Source of the DNA: a virus
Lineage: Duplodnaviria > Heunggongvirae > Uroviricota > Caudoviricetes
Length of the DNA: 37,215 nucleotides
Strand: one strand, 5' to 3'
IMG/VR virus record: IMGVR_UViG_2541047928_000009
Location: 1-37,215 of that record
Shown here one piece after another: positions 7,952 to 15,638 of this stretch (the stretch's first letter is position 1; each line of letters starts with the position of its first letter). The position numbers and the translations under genes were made by a program. A model generated the notes under the pieces. That model ran no database searches. It worked only from the letters and a program-made list of their open reading frames with translations, and was not told the DNA's origin.

Positions 7952-8130
7952 GACGACAGCGACGAAGTTTCACCGACATAATCTGCGAAAACTGCAAATA
8001 CCTTCCAACGAAACGCTCCAGAAATAAACCCAAGCCAATCCCAAAAGAATCTGACGTAAAAACCTTCAATTACACGGCTCACCTGTGGGATATCCGGTGG
8101 CTAAGACATCGTGCGAGGAAAACAAGGTGA
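7948..8130 (+). CDS. NinD/NinE-family small zinc-ribbon-like protein (60 aa)
   Basis: [60 protein letters not shown] resembles a conserved lambdoid nin-region protein; start overlaps the ninB stop; I am unsure whether it is NinD or NinE. Confidence 0.65.
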   Translation: MRRQRRSFTDIICENCKYLPTKRSRNKPKPIPKESDVKTFNYTAHLWDIRWLRHRARKTR

Positions 8131-8240
8131 TTGACGTGATGATTTATTCGGGGCTATATTCCTCACACGCCAGCAAAATCTGGCGTCGGGATTGGAACCC
8201 CGATAATCATCATGGCGCATACCGCGTTAGCGGTTTTTTT
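8131..8240 (+). ncRNA. Candidate small structured RNA or tRNA-sized cloverleaf-like element: sigma70-like promoter, nested hairpins, intrinsic terminator
   Basis: TTGACG-(17-18 bp)-TATATT at 8131-8160; hairpins CGCCAG/CTGGCG (8168-8185) and TCGGG/CCCGA (8186-8203); 8 bp long-range pairing TGATGATT (8137-8144) with AATCATCA (8205-8212); terminator ACCGC-GTTA-GCGGT-TTTTTTT at 8221-8240; the supplied ORF 8085..8324 runs through this terminator. Confidence 0.35.
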
Positions 8241-8405
8241 ATGCGTAAAGCACTGCTACACCCAAATTATGGTGGGGCGTGCGGGGGAGTCGTAAGACTC
8301 GCCGGATTCCATGGTGACCGGTAGTTCCAACCCTGTACGTCTCACCACCCAATGATTGGAACCAGACGGTGGTGAGTATCCTTAACCTTTAAGGGAACTA
8401 TCACC

Positions 8406-8597
8406 ATGACAAACTTACCCCATGACTATTACGTCAATCTCGTAAAGATCCTTCTCAAGAAAGCCTCATACGCCGATAAACTCCGCCTGGCTGAAATAAT
8501 CGAGCGCGAAGCTATGCGCATCGCCAGCAACGATAACGCTGTTTCTGACGCAAAAATCTCCCTCGTAACCAAAGTAGTTATGGGAGGTGCAAAATGA
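8406..8597 (+). CDS. Hypothetical nin-region protein (63 aa)
   Basis: ORF with ATG preceded by an AAGGGAA RBS-like sequence; stop overlaps the next gene start. Confidence 0.45.
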   Translation: MTNLPHDYYVNLVKILLKKASYADKLRLAEIIEREAMRIASNDNAVSDAKISLVTKVVMGGAK

Positions 8598-9280
8598 AAA
8601 CGCTTCCGACCGTTAACACCCTACAGCCTATCCTGCATAATCAGATTCCAGTAATCACAACTGAGCTACTCGCCCGCCTTTATGGAACAGAAGCAATCCG
8701 TATACAGCAAAATCACCATGAAAATAAAACTCGGTTCATTGAGGGGAAGCACTTCTTTAAAGCTGTTGGTGATGAACTCAAAAATTTGCGACTAGTTTTA
8801 AACGAGTCACAAAATGAGGTACAAATTTCCCCCAAAACTCGCTCTCTCATCCTCTGGACAGAACGCGGGGCTGCACGTCACGCTAAAATGCTTGAAACTA
8901 ACCAAGCGTGGGATGTGTTCGAACGGCTGGAAGACTGCTATTTCAGCCAGTGCGAGAAAAATACTGGCAAACAAGAGAAGAAGCCCAACGGGCTTTCCGC
9001 AAAAGAAACAGACAGCCTTGTATGGCTGTGGGATTATGCCAACCGCTCACAGGCATTGTTCCGTGAGTTGTATCCCGCATTAAAACTGATTCAGTCTGGC
9101 TATTCCGGCATATGCCACGACTACGGCTATGAGTTCTCGTATATCATCGGGAGGGCGAGGGGCGTTTTAATTAATCACACGCGGGATATAGATATTTATG
9201 AGCCTGACGGGCCGACGAACCTTCTGGCATGGGAAAGGCTTAAGAACAAAGAGTTGCCGCCTTCACTGCATCGCTACTGA
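8594..9280 (+). CDS. ORF6N/KilA-N-like domain protein (putative antirepressor-like regulator)
   Basis: N-terminal segment [46 protein letters not shown]...[30 protein letters not shown] resembles ORF6N-type domains; assignment from memory only. Confidence 0.5.
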   Translation: MKTLPTVNTLQPILHNQIPVITTELLARLYGTEAIRIQQNHHENKTRFIEGKHFFKAVGDELKNLRLVLNESQNEVQISPKTRSLILWTERGAARHAKMLETNQAWDVFERLEDCYFSQCEKNTGKQEKKPNGLSAKETDSLVWLWDYANRSQALFRELYPALKLIQSGYSGICHDYGYEFSYIIGRARGVLINHTRDIDIYEPDGPTNLLAWERLKNKELPPSLHRY

Positions 9281-9348
9281 CAATTGACAACTTAACAAAC
9301 CCAGCTTCGGCTGGGTTTTTTATTGCTGAATTTTCAATATGAGAGGAC

Positions 9349-10077
9349 ATGACAATGAATGAGCTGATAAATAGCAACGTCATCAAAATGACAAGCATTG
9401 AAATCGCTGAGTTGGTGGGAAGCCAACACGGTAATGTCAGAATATCAATAGAACGTCTGGCAAAGCGTGGGGTGATTCAACTTCCTCCAATGCAAAAAGT
9501 TGAAAATAAACAAACAATTAGCCCTAACAAATTCACAAGCGTGTATATATTCGAAGGCGAACAAGGTAAGCGAGACAGCATTATTGTCGTCGCTCAGTTG
9601 TCGCCGGAATTCACCGCTCGTCTTGTTGACCGTTGGCGAGAACTCGAAGGGGCAACCGCGAAAATACCACAAACCTTTTCTGAGGCATTGCGCCTTGCGG
9701 CCGACCTTGAAGACCAGAAGGCTGAACTGGAGAAACAGCTTGCTCTCGCAGCACCTAAAGTTGAGTTTGCCGATCGCGTTGGCGAGGCCAGCGGAATTTT
9801 GATTGGAAACTTTGCAAAGGTTGTTGGAATTGGTCCAAACAAACTGTTTGCGTGGATGCGCGATCACAAAATCCTTATTGCTTCAGGTTCCCGGCGCAAT
9901 GTGCCAATGCAGGAATATATGGATCGCGGCTATTTCACAGTGAAAGAAACAGCGGTCAACACAAATCACGGAATACAGATATCGTTCACCACAAAAATCA
10001 CCGGGCGTGGTCAACAGTGGCTGACCAGAAAGCTGCTCGATAACGGAATGCTGAAAGTAACAGGGGAGGCTGCTTAA
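9349..10077 (+). CDS. Phage antirepressor, Rha-like N-terminal domain plus KilAC/ANT-like C-terminal domain
   Basis: N-terminal SIEIAELVGSQHGNVRISIERLAKRGVI (Rha-like); C-terminal FADRVGEASGILIGNFAKVVGIGPNKLFAWMRDHKILIA (KilAC-like). Confidence 0.65.
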   Translation: MTMNELINSNVIKMTSIEIAELVGSQHGNVRISIERLAKRGVIQLPPMQKVENKQTISPNKFTSVYIFEGEQGKRDSIIVVAQLSPEFTARLVDRWRELEGATAKIPQTFSEALRLAADLEDQKAELEKQLALAAPKVEFADRVGEASGILIGNFAKVVGIGPNKLFAWMRDHKILIASGSRRNVPMQEYMDRGYFTVKETAVNTNHGIQISFTTKITGRGQQWLTRKLLDNGMLKVTGEAA

Positions 10078-10367
10078 TGGCTAACCTACGCAAAGAAGCG
10101 CGCGGCAGAGAATGTCAGGTACGTATTTACGGCGTATGCAATGGCAATCCTGAAACTACAGTTCTGGCACATTACCGGATGGCTGGAATTTGCGGAACGG
10201 GAATGAAACCTGACGACCTGATCGGCGCATGGGCTTGTAGTGACTGCCACGCGGAGATCGACCGACGCACAAGGATTCTCGACAACAAAGACGCCAGACT
10301 TTACCACCTCGAAGGCGTGATCAGGACGCAGGCGATACTGCTGAAGGAGGGGAAGATTAAGTCATGA
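10077..10367 (+). CDS. YbcO-like (DUF1364) Cys-rich nin-region protein, putative nuclease
   Basis: 96 aa with CQVRIYGVC...CSDCH cysteine motifs; same size and position, immediately upstream of rusA, as DLP12 ybcO. Confidence 0.6.
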   Translation: MANLRKEARGRECQVRIYGVCNGNPETTVLAHYRMAGICGTGMKPDDLIGAWACSDCHAEIDRRTRILDNKDARLYHLEGVIRTQAILLKEGKIKS

Positions 10368-10726
10368 ACGAATATCAGTTTGTGCTTCCATACCCGCCGT
10401 CGGTGAACACCTACTGGCGAAGACGGGGAAGCCAATACTACATCAGCGATAAAGGCCAGAAATACCGAAAAGACGTTCAGCAAATAATCCGCCAACTCAA
10501 GTTAGACATTTTCACCAAATCAAGACTCCGCATCAAAGTCATCGCAGACGTTCCAGACTCCCGCCGCCGCGACCTCGACAACATCCTGAAAGGTTTCCTC
10601 GACTCCCTTATCCACGCCGGATTTGCGGAAGACGACGAGCAATTCGATGACATTCGCGTAATTCGTGGTGTGAAAGTACCAGGCGGACGGCTTGGAATAA
10701 AAATCACCGAACTGGAGAACGTATGA
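10364..10726 (+). CDS. rusA: RusA Holliday junction resolvase
   Basis: PPSVNTYW...RRRDLDNILKGFLDSLIHAGFAEDDEQFDDIRV...GGRLGIKITE matches E. coli RusA motifs, including the RRRDLDN catalytic region. Confidence 0.85.
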   Translation: MNEYQFVLPYPPSVNTYWRRRGSQYYISDKGQKYRKDVQQIIRQLKLDIFTKSRLRIKVIADVPDSRRRDLDNILKGFLDSLIHAGFAEDDEQFDDIRVIRGVKVPGGRLGIKITELENV

Positions 10727-10863
10727 ACAAAGCATTCGAACGATATATGCGCCAGCGTTATGGCAATCGCTATGACCTGACGCGAGATGTTGAAGGTTTC
10801 TACTGTAGTGAAATTGTGAAACGAATGTTTGAAGTTTGGTGTCATTGCAAAGGATGGGAGGTC
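10723..10863 (+). CDS. YlcG-like small protein (46 aa)
   Basis: Short ORF between rusA and Q, start overlapping the rusA stop; the DLP12 order ybcO-rusA-ylcG-quuD is mirrored here. Confidence 0.4.
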
Positions 10864-10865
10864 TG

Positions 10866-11480
10866 ATGCGGCTAACTCCAGTATTCAGCATGGTTAACTT
10901 CATTAATGACGCGCACTTTCGCCGCGTATGGAGACACCCGAAGAAAACCATCAACTCTAGCCAGAAAGCATGGGTTCATTACATGTTACAGGTATGGGGC
11001 AAGGTTAATACCGGAGATTGCTCTCCAGGTGGTGCAATTAACGTTATCGGTCGTCTGATGATTCGCAGTCAGTGGAGCGATGACAAGGCTAAGCAGATAG
11101 AGTCTGTCGTCATGCGCCTGTACGAAGAAGATGGGCTGCGCGGAGATGAGCTATACAAGAAAGCTCGCGAACTGGTCATTCCTCAATCATCGTTTAGCCA
11201 CATCATCACTCTCGCCAAAGAATCAGATGATGCGGCTTTCGTTGAACGTGTGATGGTTAAAACGTTTCACCGTGAAAGCCCTGTCCGCGATGTAGCTATT
11301 AAGCGATATTGCAATCGCAATTGCACGCAAGATATAGCCAGGATTATTTCTTATATAACAGGTGCTGATATTCAGTATTGTCGTAAGCGAGTGGTGTGGT
11401 GTGAGAAAGTGCTGGAGTCAGAAATGTTTTATGCAATGAAACGAGAATTGGAGAAAGAATTTCCATTAATAGCGGCCTGA
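10866..11480 (+). CDS. Q: Late gene antiterminator Q (phage 82 / QuuD-like type, not lambda Q type)
   Basis: Position immediately upstream of a pR'/tR' unit and the lysis genes; about 204 aa, Cys-containing; start chosen at the ATG at 10866 after GGAGG. Confidence 0.65.
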   Translation: MRLTPVFSMVNFINDAHFRRVWRHPKKTINSSQKAWVHYMLQVWGKVNTGDCSPGGAINVIGRLMIRSQWSDDKAKQIESVVMRLYEEDGLRGDELYKKARELVIPQSSFSHIITLAKESDDAAFVERVMVKTFHRESPVRDVAIKRYCNRNCTQDIARIISYITGADIQYCRKRVVWCEKVLESEMFYAMKRELEKEFPLIAA

Positions 11481-11640
11481 ACTGAAATAATTTTGTAAAT
11501 GCGTTGCTTCCGAGAAATGAAAGTGGTATTTTTTGTATATGCTCGGAGCAAAAGCGAACTGAGCAGTGAAATTGAAATCCTGATTTCCCCGGTCGTCGAT
11601 AATATTTAGGGTCGACATACTGGCTAGATTAGGTAAGAGC
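11481..11640 (+). promoter_or_regulatory. Putative late promoter pR' and Q-utilisation (qut) region
   Basis: Immediately downstream of Q; TTGCTT-(17 nt)-TATTTT-like promoter elements near 11503-11531; the terminator lies about 190 nt past the Q stop, matching the lambda 6S RNA unit length. Confidence 0.4.
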
Positions 11641-11668
11641 CTCGGCAGAAACGTCGGGGCTTTTTTGT
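11641..11668 (+). terminator. Rho-independent terminator tR' (late terminator overridden by Q)
   Basis: Hairpin CCUCGGC-agaaac-GUCGGGG followed by CUUUUUUG. Confidence 0.65.
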
Positions 11669-11996
11669 TTGCATAACAGGTAAGAGCATTGAACCCGCAG
11701 ACCTCGCGGAATTGGTGAAAGGTGCCGCGCAGTGCTCTTATCGTTGTGGTGAATGCGCAGGCTGATGCGCGAAAGACATTGCAGCTATTGCGGAAAAGAG
11801 CTGTTCGGCGGGGCAATTAAACGCCCGTGAGAGTCTGAAATAACCGCAAGCCGGAGATCAGCACCGGTCGCCACAATCCAAACTGAGCCGTAGCCACTGG
11901 CTGTCCTGAATTCATCAGTGATAGTTACGCTGCGGCCTTCTTTTTTCCCTTCCCAATATAAGAACTACGCAATCCGTTACTGGCGGAGGCGTTGCT

Positions 11997-12212
11997 ATGA
12001 AATCAATGGACAAAATCTCAACTGGCATTGCCTACGGCACCTCCGCAGGCAGTGCTGGCTACTGGTTTTTACAGTGGCTTGATCAGGTCAGTCCGTCACA
12101 GTGGGCTGCGATTGGTGTACTGGGGAGTCTGGTTCTGGGCTTCCTGACTTATCTGACAAATCTGTACTTCAAAATCAGAGAAGACAAGCGTAAGGCTGCA
12201 CGGGGAGAGTAA
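11997..12212 (+). CDS. S: Class II holin / pinholin, phage 21 S21-like, with dual-start motif (Met1 and Met4)
   Basis: [71 protein letters not shown] matches S21 as I recall it; 71 aa. Confidence 0.85.
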   Translation: MKSMDKISTGIAYGTSAGSAGYWFLQWLDQVSPSQWAAIGVLGSLVLGFLTYLTNLYFKIREDKRKAARGE

Positions 12213-12216
12213 TTCA

Positions 12217-12567
12217 ATGACTCAAAACTATGAACTGATTGTGAAAGGGATCCGCAATTTTGAGAATAAAGTTACGGTAACTTTAGCGTTACGGGACAAA
12301 AAACGCTTTGACGGCGAAATTTTTGACCTGGACATCTCGCTGGACCGTGTTGAAGGTGCCGCGCTGGAGTTTTATGAGGCAGCAGCCAGAAGGAGCATCA
12401 GACAGGTCTTCCTGGATGGCGCTGCCGGGTTATGTGAAGGGGATGAGCAGTCGCCGGAAAAGCGCCCCATAATTTTAGAGGCGCAGAATGTGTGGATAAC
12501 CTACAAAGGAAAGCTACCAGGAAGAATTACTGGTTCTCTGAAGACTCCTCCGGAATCACAACCTTAA
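12217..12567 (+). CDS. Hypothetical protein (116 aa) inserted between holin and endolysin
   Basis: ATG at 12217 with a strong GGGGAGAG RBS, 4 nt after the holin stop; no family recognised; unusual position inside a lysis cassette. Confidence 0.55.
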   Translation: MTQNYELIVKGIRNFENKVTVTLALRDKKRFDGEIFDLDISLDRVEGAALEFYEAAARRSIRQVFLDGAAGLCEGDEQSPEKRPIILEAQNVWITYKGKLPGRITGSLKTPPESQP

Positions 12568-12630
12568 GTCACTGACCGGAACAGATAAACCTGTCCGTGG
12601 GCAGAAACCGATAAATCCTGATAAATATCC

Positions 12631-13164
12631 ATGAACGCAAAAATCAGATACGGCCTGTCGGCTGCCGTTCTGGCGCTGATTGCTGCAGGCTCGTCTGCTC
12701 CTCAAATACTTGACCAGTTTCTGGATGAAAAAGAGGGTAACCACACTACGGCATACCGCGATGGTTCCGGTATATGGACCATCTGTCGTGGTGCCACAAT
12801 GGTGGATGGTAAGCCCGTCATACCGGGAATGAAGCTGTCGAAGGAAAAATGCGACCAGGTTAACGCTATTGAACGTGATAAGGCGCTGGCATGGGTGGAG
12901 CGCAATATTAAAGTACCACTGACCGAACCACAGAAAGCGGGTATAGCGTCATTTTGTCCCTATAACATTGGCCCCGGTAAGTGTTTCCCGTCGACGTTTT
13001 ATAAGCGGCTGAATGCCGGTGATCGTAAGAGTGCATGTGAGGCGATTCGCTGGTGGATAAAAGATGGTGGGCGCGATTGCCGCATACGTTCAAATAACTG
13101 CTATGGACAGGTTATTCGTCGTGACCAGGAAAGCGCATTAGCCTGTTGGGGGATAGATCAGTGA
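12631..13164 (+). CDS. R: SAR endolysin (T4-lysozyme-like muramidase with N-terminal signal-anchor-release domain)
   Basis: N-terminal Gly/Ala-rich weakly hydrophobic segment [21 protein letters not shown]; catalytic E-x8-D-x5-T spacing in [16 protein letters not shown]; pairs with the pinholin. Confidence 0.75.
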   Translation: MNAKIRYGLSAAVLALIAAGSSAPQILDQFLDEKEGNHTTAYRDGSGIWTICRGATMVDGKPVIPGMKLSKEKCDQVNAIERDKALAWVERNIKVPLTEPQKAGIASFCPYNIGPGKCFPSTFYKRLNAGDRKSACEAIRWWIKDGGRDCRIRSNNCYGQVIRRDQESALACWGIDQ

Positions 13165-13628
13165 GCAGAGTCGCCGCGATTATTTATGCTCTGGTTATCT
13201 GCATCATCGTCTGCCTGTCGTGGGCGGTCAATCATTACCGTGATAACGCCATCGCCTACAAAGAACAGCGTGATAAAAAAGTCAGTGAGCTGAAGCAGGC
13301 GACCGCCACCATTACTGACATGCAGCAACGCCAGCGTGCTGCTGATGTACTCGATGCTAAATACACGAAGGAGTTGGCTGATGCGAAAGCTGAAAATGAT
13401 GCTCTTCGGCGCAAGCTTGATAATGGTGGTCGGGTGCTCGTCAAAGGAAAATGCTCTGTGCCATCCTCAGCCGAAACCTCCAGCGCCTCCGGCATGGGCA
13501 ATGATGCCACCGTCGAACTCTCTCCAGTTGCTGGACGAAACGTTCTCGGTATCCGGGACGGAATCATCAGAGACCAGACAGCACTGAGAACGCTTCAGGA
13601 ATATATCAGGACGCAATGCCTTCGATGA
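13161..13628 (+). CDS. Rz: Rz i-spanin
   Basis: GTG start overlapping the endolysin stop; N-terminal TM segment ([28 protein letters not shown]) and coiled-coil region resembling lambda Rz. Confidence 0.8.
   Translation: MSRVAAIIYALVICIIVCLSWAVNHYRDNAIAYKEQRDKKVSELKQATATITDMQQRQRAADVLDAKYTKELADAKAENDALRRKLDNGGRVLVKGKCSVPSSAETSSASGMGNDATVELSPVAGRNVLGIRDGIIRDQTALRTLQEYIRTQCLR
13381..13587 (+). CDS. Rz1: Rz1 o-spanin lipoprotein, embedded in the +1 frame of Rz
   Basis: [22 protein letters not shown] lipobox-like signal followed by a Pro-rich segment [11 protein letters not shown], like lambda Rz1. Confidence 0.75.
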   Translation: MRKLKMMLFGASLIMVVGCSSKENALCHPQPKPPAPPAWAMMPPSNSLQLLDETFSVSGTESSETRQH

Positions 13629-13803
13629 TAGAGATAATTTTACTCATCATCCTTCACATCTGGCTCTGTAGACAGGGTGGTGATCACTTCTGGAGTGAAT
13701 CCAGATTAAACATCTCATTGCTGATGCTTAAAGTTGAGCATTTGGCGCGCGGTAAGGGGCTGCGTTTAGATAAGAGCCAGTCATCACAAACACTAGGATT
13801 TAG

Positions 13804-13828
13804 CCTCGCATTCGCGGGGCTTTTTATT
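13804..13828 (+). terminator. Intrinsic terminator-like hairpin plus T-run downstream of Rz
   Basis: CCUCGC-AUUC-GCGGGG (one G-U pair) followed by CTTTTTATT; it lies inside the supplied ORF 13616..14134, arguing that the ORF's N-terminal part is not coding. Confidence 0.5.
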
Positions 13829-13846
13829 GCAACAAAGGTAAAGACG

Positions 13847-14134
13847 ATGGATGAAGAATATCGTAAAGACCTGCAACTGTGGTTTGGTCTTACGCATGCG
13901 TCGTTCTGCGTGATGCCGCGAGTATTCATGGAGGCTATGCCTCCAGAATGGCAAGAGAAGATGGCTCAGTTGCTTTTTGAGTATAGCGACACGATCAAAA
14001 CGGATGTCTGCGGAGTTCACAGCTGTTTTGTTACTGCCAAAGACGGCAACAACCGCTTTATGAGGATGCCAGAAGATATTCTGAACTATCGTCATCCTCG
14101 ACGTGAATTCATCGAATCATTTCTGAAGAAGTAG
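13847..14134 (+). CDS. Hypothetical protein (95 aa) downstream of the lysis genes
   Basis: ATG at 13847 preceded by AAAGGTAAAG; Cys/His-containing; no family recognised; the longer form from 13616 was rejected because of the internal terminator. Confidence 0.45.
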   Translation: MDEEYRKDLQLWFGLTHASFCVMPRVFMEAMPPEWQEKMAQLLFEYSDTIKTDVCGVHSCFVTAKDGNNRFMRMPEDILNYRHPRREFIESFLKK

Positions 14135-14485
14135 CCATTACAAAGCCTATCTACGGGTGGGTTTGATAATGGCTTATACCCTGCACGGGATAACTTAACT
14201 GATATCCCTTTTAACGGATAAACGGAGCCAACAATGGCAGAGAATGTCGGCATTATGGCAGTGAAATTTGGATAAATCGGGGATTAGAAAGATAGAGGCG
14301 AGCCGGTCAGGTAGAAATGAATCAGGCTCAAAGTGAAGCGGAAAAGGTCTGTGGCACAAACTGATGCTGCCATAATTACAGCCTGATGACTTGTGGAATG
14401 AAACATGTTGAACCTCCTTAATTGATGTGATTCGAGTGAGGAAGGCATTCTGTCCTTCTATAGTGTCCAGTAAATCAAACAGGAA

Positions 14486-14509
14486 GCTTGTCTCACGTGT
14501 GAGACAAGC
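14486..14509. promoter_or_regulatory. Perfect 24 bp palindrome GCTTGTCTCACGTGTGAGACAAGC (CACGTG core), candidate protein-binding site or structure
   Basis: Directly visible; 11 bp arms around a GT centre; flanked by further inverted repeats at 14520-14552 (GAGTTGTA/TACAACTC and AACTCTT/AAGAGTT). Confidence 0.5.
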
Positions 14510-14628
14510 CTCTCCATTAGCGAGTTGTATTGATTACAACTCTTCAAAGAGTTCATTACTGGGTAGATGAAAATAGTTTCACGACGAATGGAGGAGACTA
14601 TGTCGGTGGCTTCTTCATTGGAGTACAT

Positions 14629-15000
14629 ATGCCCCCACGAACCCCAAAAACCTGCCGTGTTCGCGGCTACCGCAATACCACCACAGATCCGTCAGGCTAT
14701 TGCAAAAGCCACAAAAGCGAAGGCTGGAAGCAATACAAGCCGGGCCAGTCCTGTCATCAGCGCGGTTATGGTTCGCGAGGTTGTCCCTCATGCTCGCCAG
14801 TCCTGTGCGGGGGTGGAAGAAACAGGACACTCACACAGATTCTTGTGGGTCGATGCTATTCCTTTCTGGATTATCCCGATGCCATTCATGCAAGGGCTGT
14901 ATAAGACGTTCGTCATGGCTGTCAGGCTGACGGGTCCTCCCGGTGGGGTGGCCTGCCACGGGGCGGGAGCGTCGCGGAAAAAGGCTAGTTTTTGCATTTT
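14629..15000 (+). pseudogene. Decayed HNH endonuclease-like remnant upstream of the terminase genes
   Basis: Frame 1 encodes MPPRTPKTCRVRGYRNTTTDPSGYCKSHKSEGWKQYKPGQS.HQRGYGSRG, resembling the N-terminus of small terminase-associated HNH proteins; downstream HNH-like fragments (VDAIPF for VDHIIP; SRCHSCKG) appear in other frames and zinc/catalytic positions look substituted; from memory, not searched. Confidence 0.4.
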
Positions 15001-15146
15001 TATCGGCCACCATCATCTTTGCACCTTATTGATTATTAATGGTTATTTGTTTTTTGCATGTCGAATTGAGTGTTTTTTGTTCGACATCGAACGCGTTTTC
15101 TTAAAGTTGTTCGCACGATGCATGTTTAAAGCTCTCCGGAGGAAAT

Positions 15147-15638
15147 ATGGATCATGAGTTGAAAAACCTGGTGCTGAATATTAATCAACTGGCGGCTTTA
15201 TCTGGTCTGCACCGCCAGACTGTCGTGGCAAGACTGAAAAACATTCGTCCCGCTGGTGGACATGACAAACTCAAGCTATACCGGTTGACCGATATTCTGA
15301 CTGAATTTATGGGGTTACCACCGCCGGTTGCTGAGGGCGAAATGGATCCACATGAACGCAAAGCCTGGTATCAGTCTGAACGTGAGCGTCTTAAGTTCGA
15401 ACAGGAAACGGCACAACTCATTCCGGCCAGTGATGTCAGACGGGAGTTTGCCATCTGGGCAAAAGCGGTCGTGCAGGTGCTGGAGACATTACCGGATATT
15501 CTGGAACGTGACTGCGGTCTGCAGCCTGCCGCTGTGAGCCGTGTTCAGTCCATTATTGATGATCTGCGCGATCAGATAGCCCTGCGGGTGACCGAAGCAG
15601 GTGCGGATGATGAGGAGGAATTACAGCAGGAGGAGTAA
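15147..15638 (+). CDS. Terminase small subunit (Nu1-like, N-terminal HTH)
   Basis: N-terminal LNINQLAALSGLHRQTVVARLKN resembles the Nu1 HTH; immediately upstream of the gpA-like large subunit, with ATG/TAA overlap. Confidence 0.75.
   Translation: MDHELKNLVLNINQLAALSGLHRQTVVARLKNIRPAGGHDKLKLYRLTDILTEFMGLPPPVAEGEMDPHERKAWYQSERERLKFEQETAQLIPASDVRREFAIWAKAVVQVLETLPDILERDCGLQPAAVSRVQSIIDDLRDQIALRVTEAGADDEEELQQEE

Noticed and set aside
8137-8212. tRNA gene
   Set aside because: The cloverleaf-sized fold lacks a canonical T-loop (TTCRA), has a 6-nt central loop and no CCA-proximal discriminator context; not callable as a tRNA without a covariance-model scan.
8085-8324. 79 aa plus-strand ORF following the NinD/E-like gene
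   Set aside because: Contains a promoter-like sequence, several hairpins and a strong intrinsic terminator (8221-8240) inside the frame; more likely non-coding, though I cannot fully exclude a nin-region protein.
11669-11996. Shiga toxin or other toxin cargo between Q/tR' and the holin
   Set aside because: No ORF of 60 codons or more on the plus strand in this interval; only an extended leader is present.
13616-13846. N-terminal extension of the post-Rz ORF (172 aa form starting at 13616)
   Set aside because: Overlaps the Rz 3' end and contains an intrinsic terminator hairpin with a T-run at 13804-13828; the shorter form from ATG 13847 is more plausible.
14567-15157. 196 aa ORF spanning the region upstream of the terminase
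   Set aside because: Low-complexity, Cys/Phe-rich translation, overlaps two other frames carrying HNH-like fragments, and runs into the terminase small subunit start; interpreted as part of a decayed HNH remnant rather than a gene.
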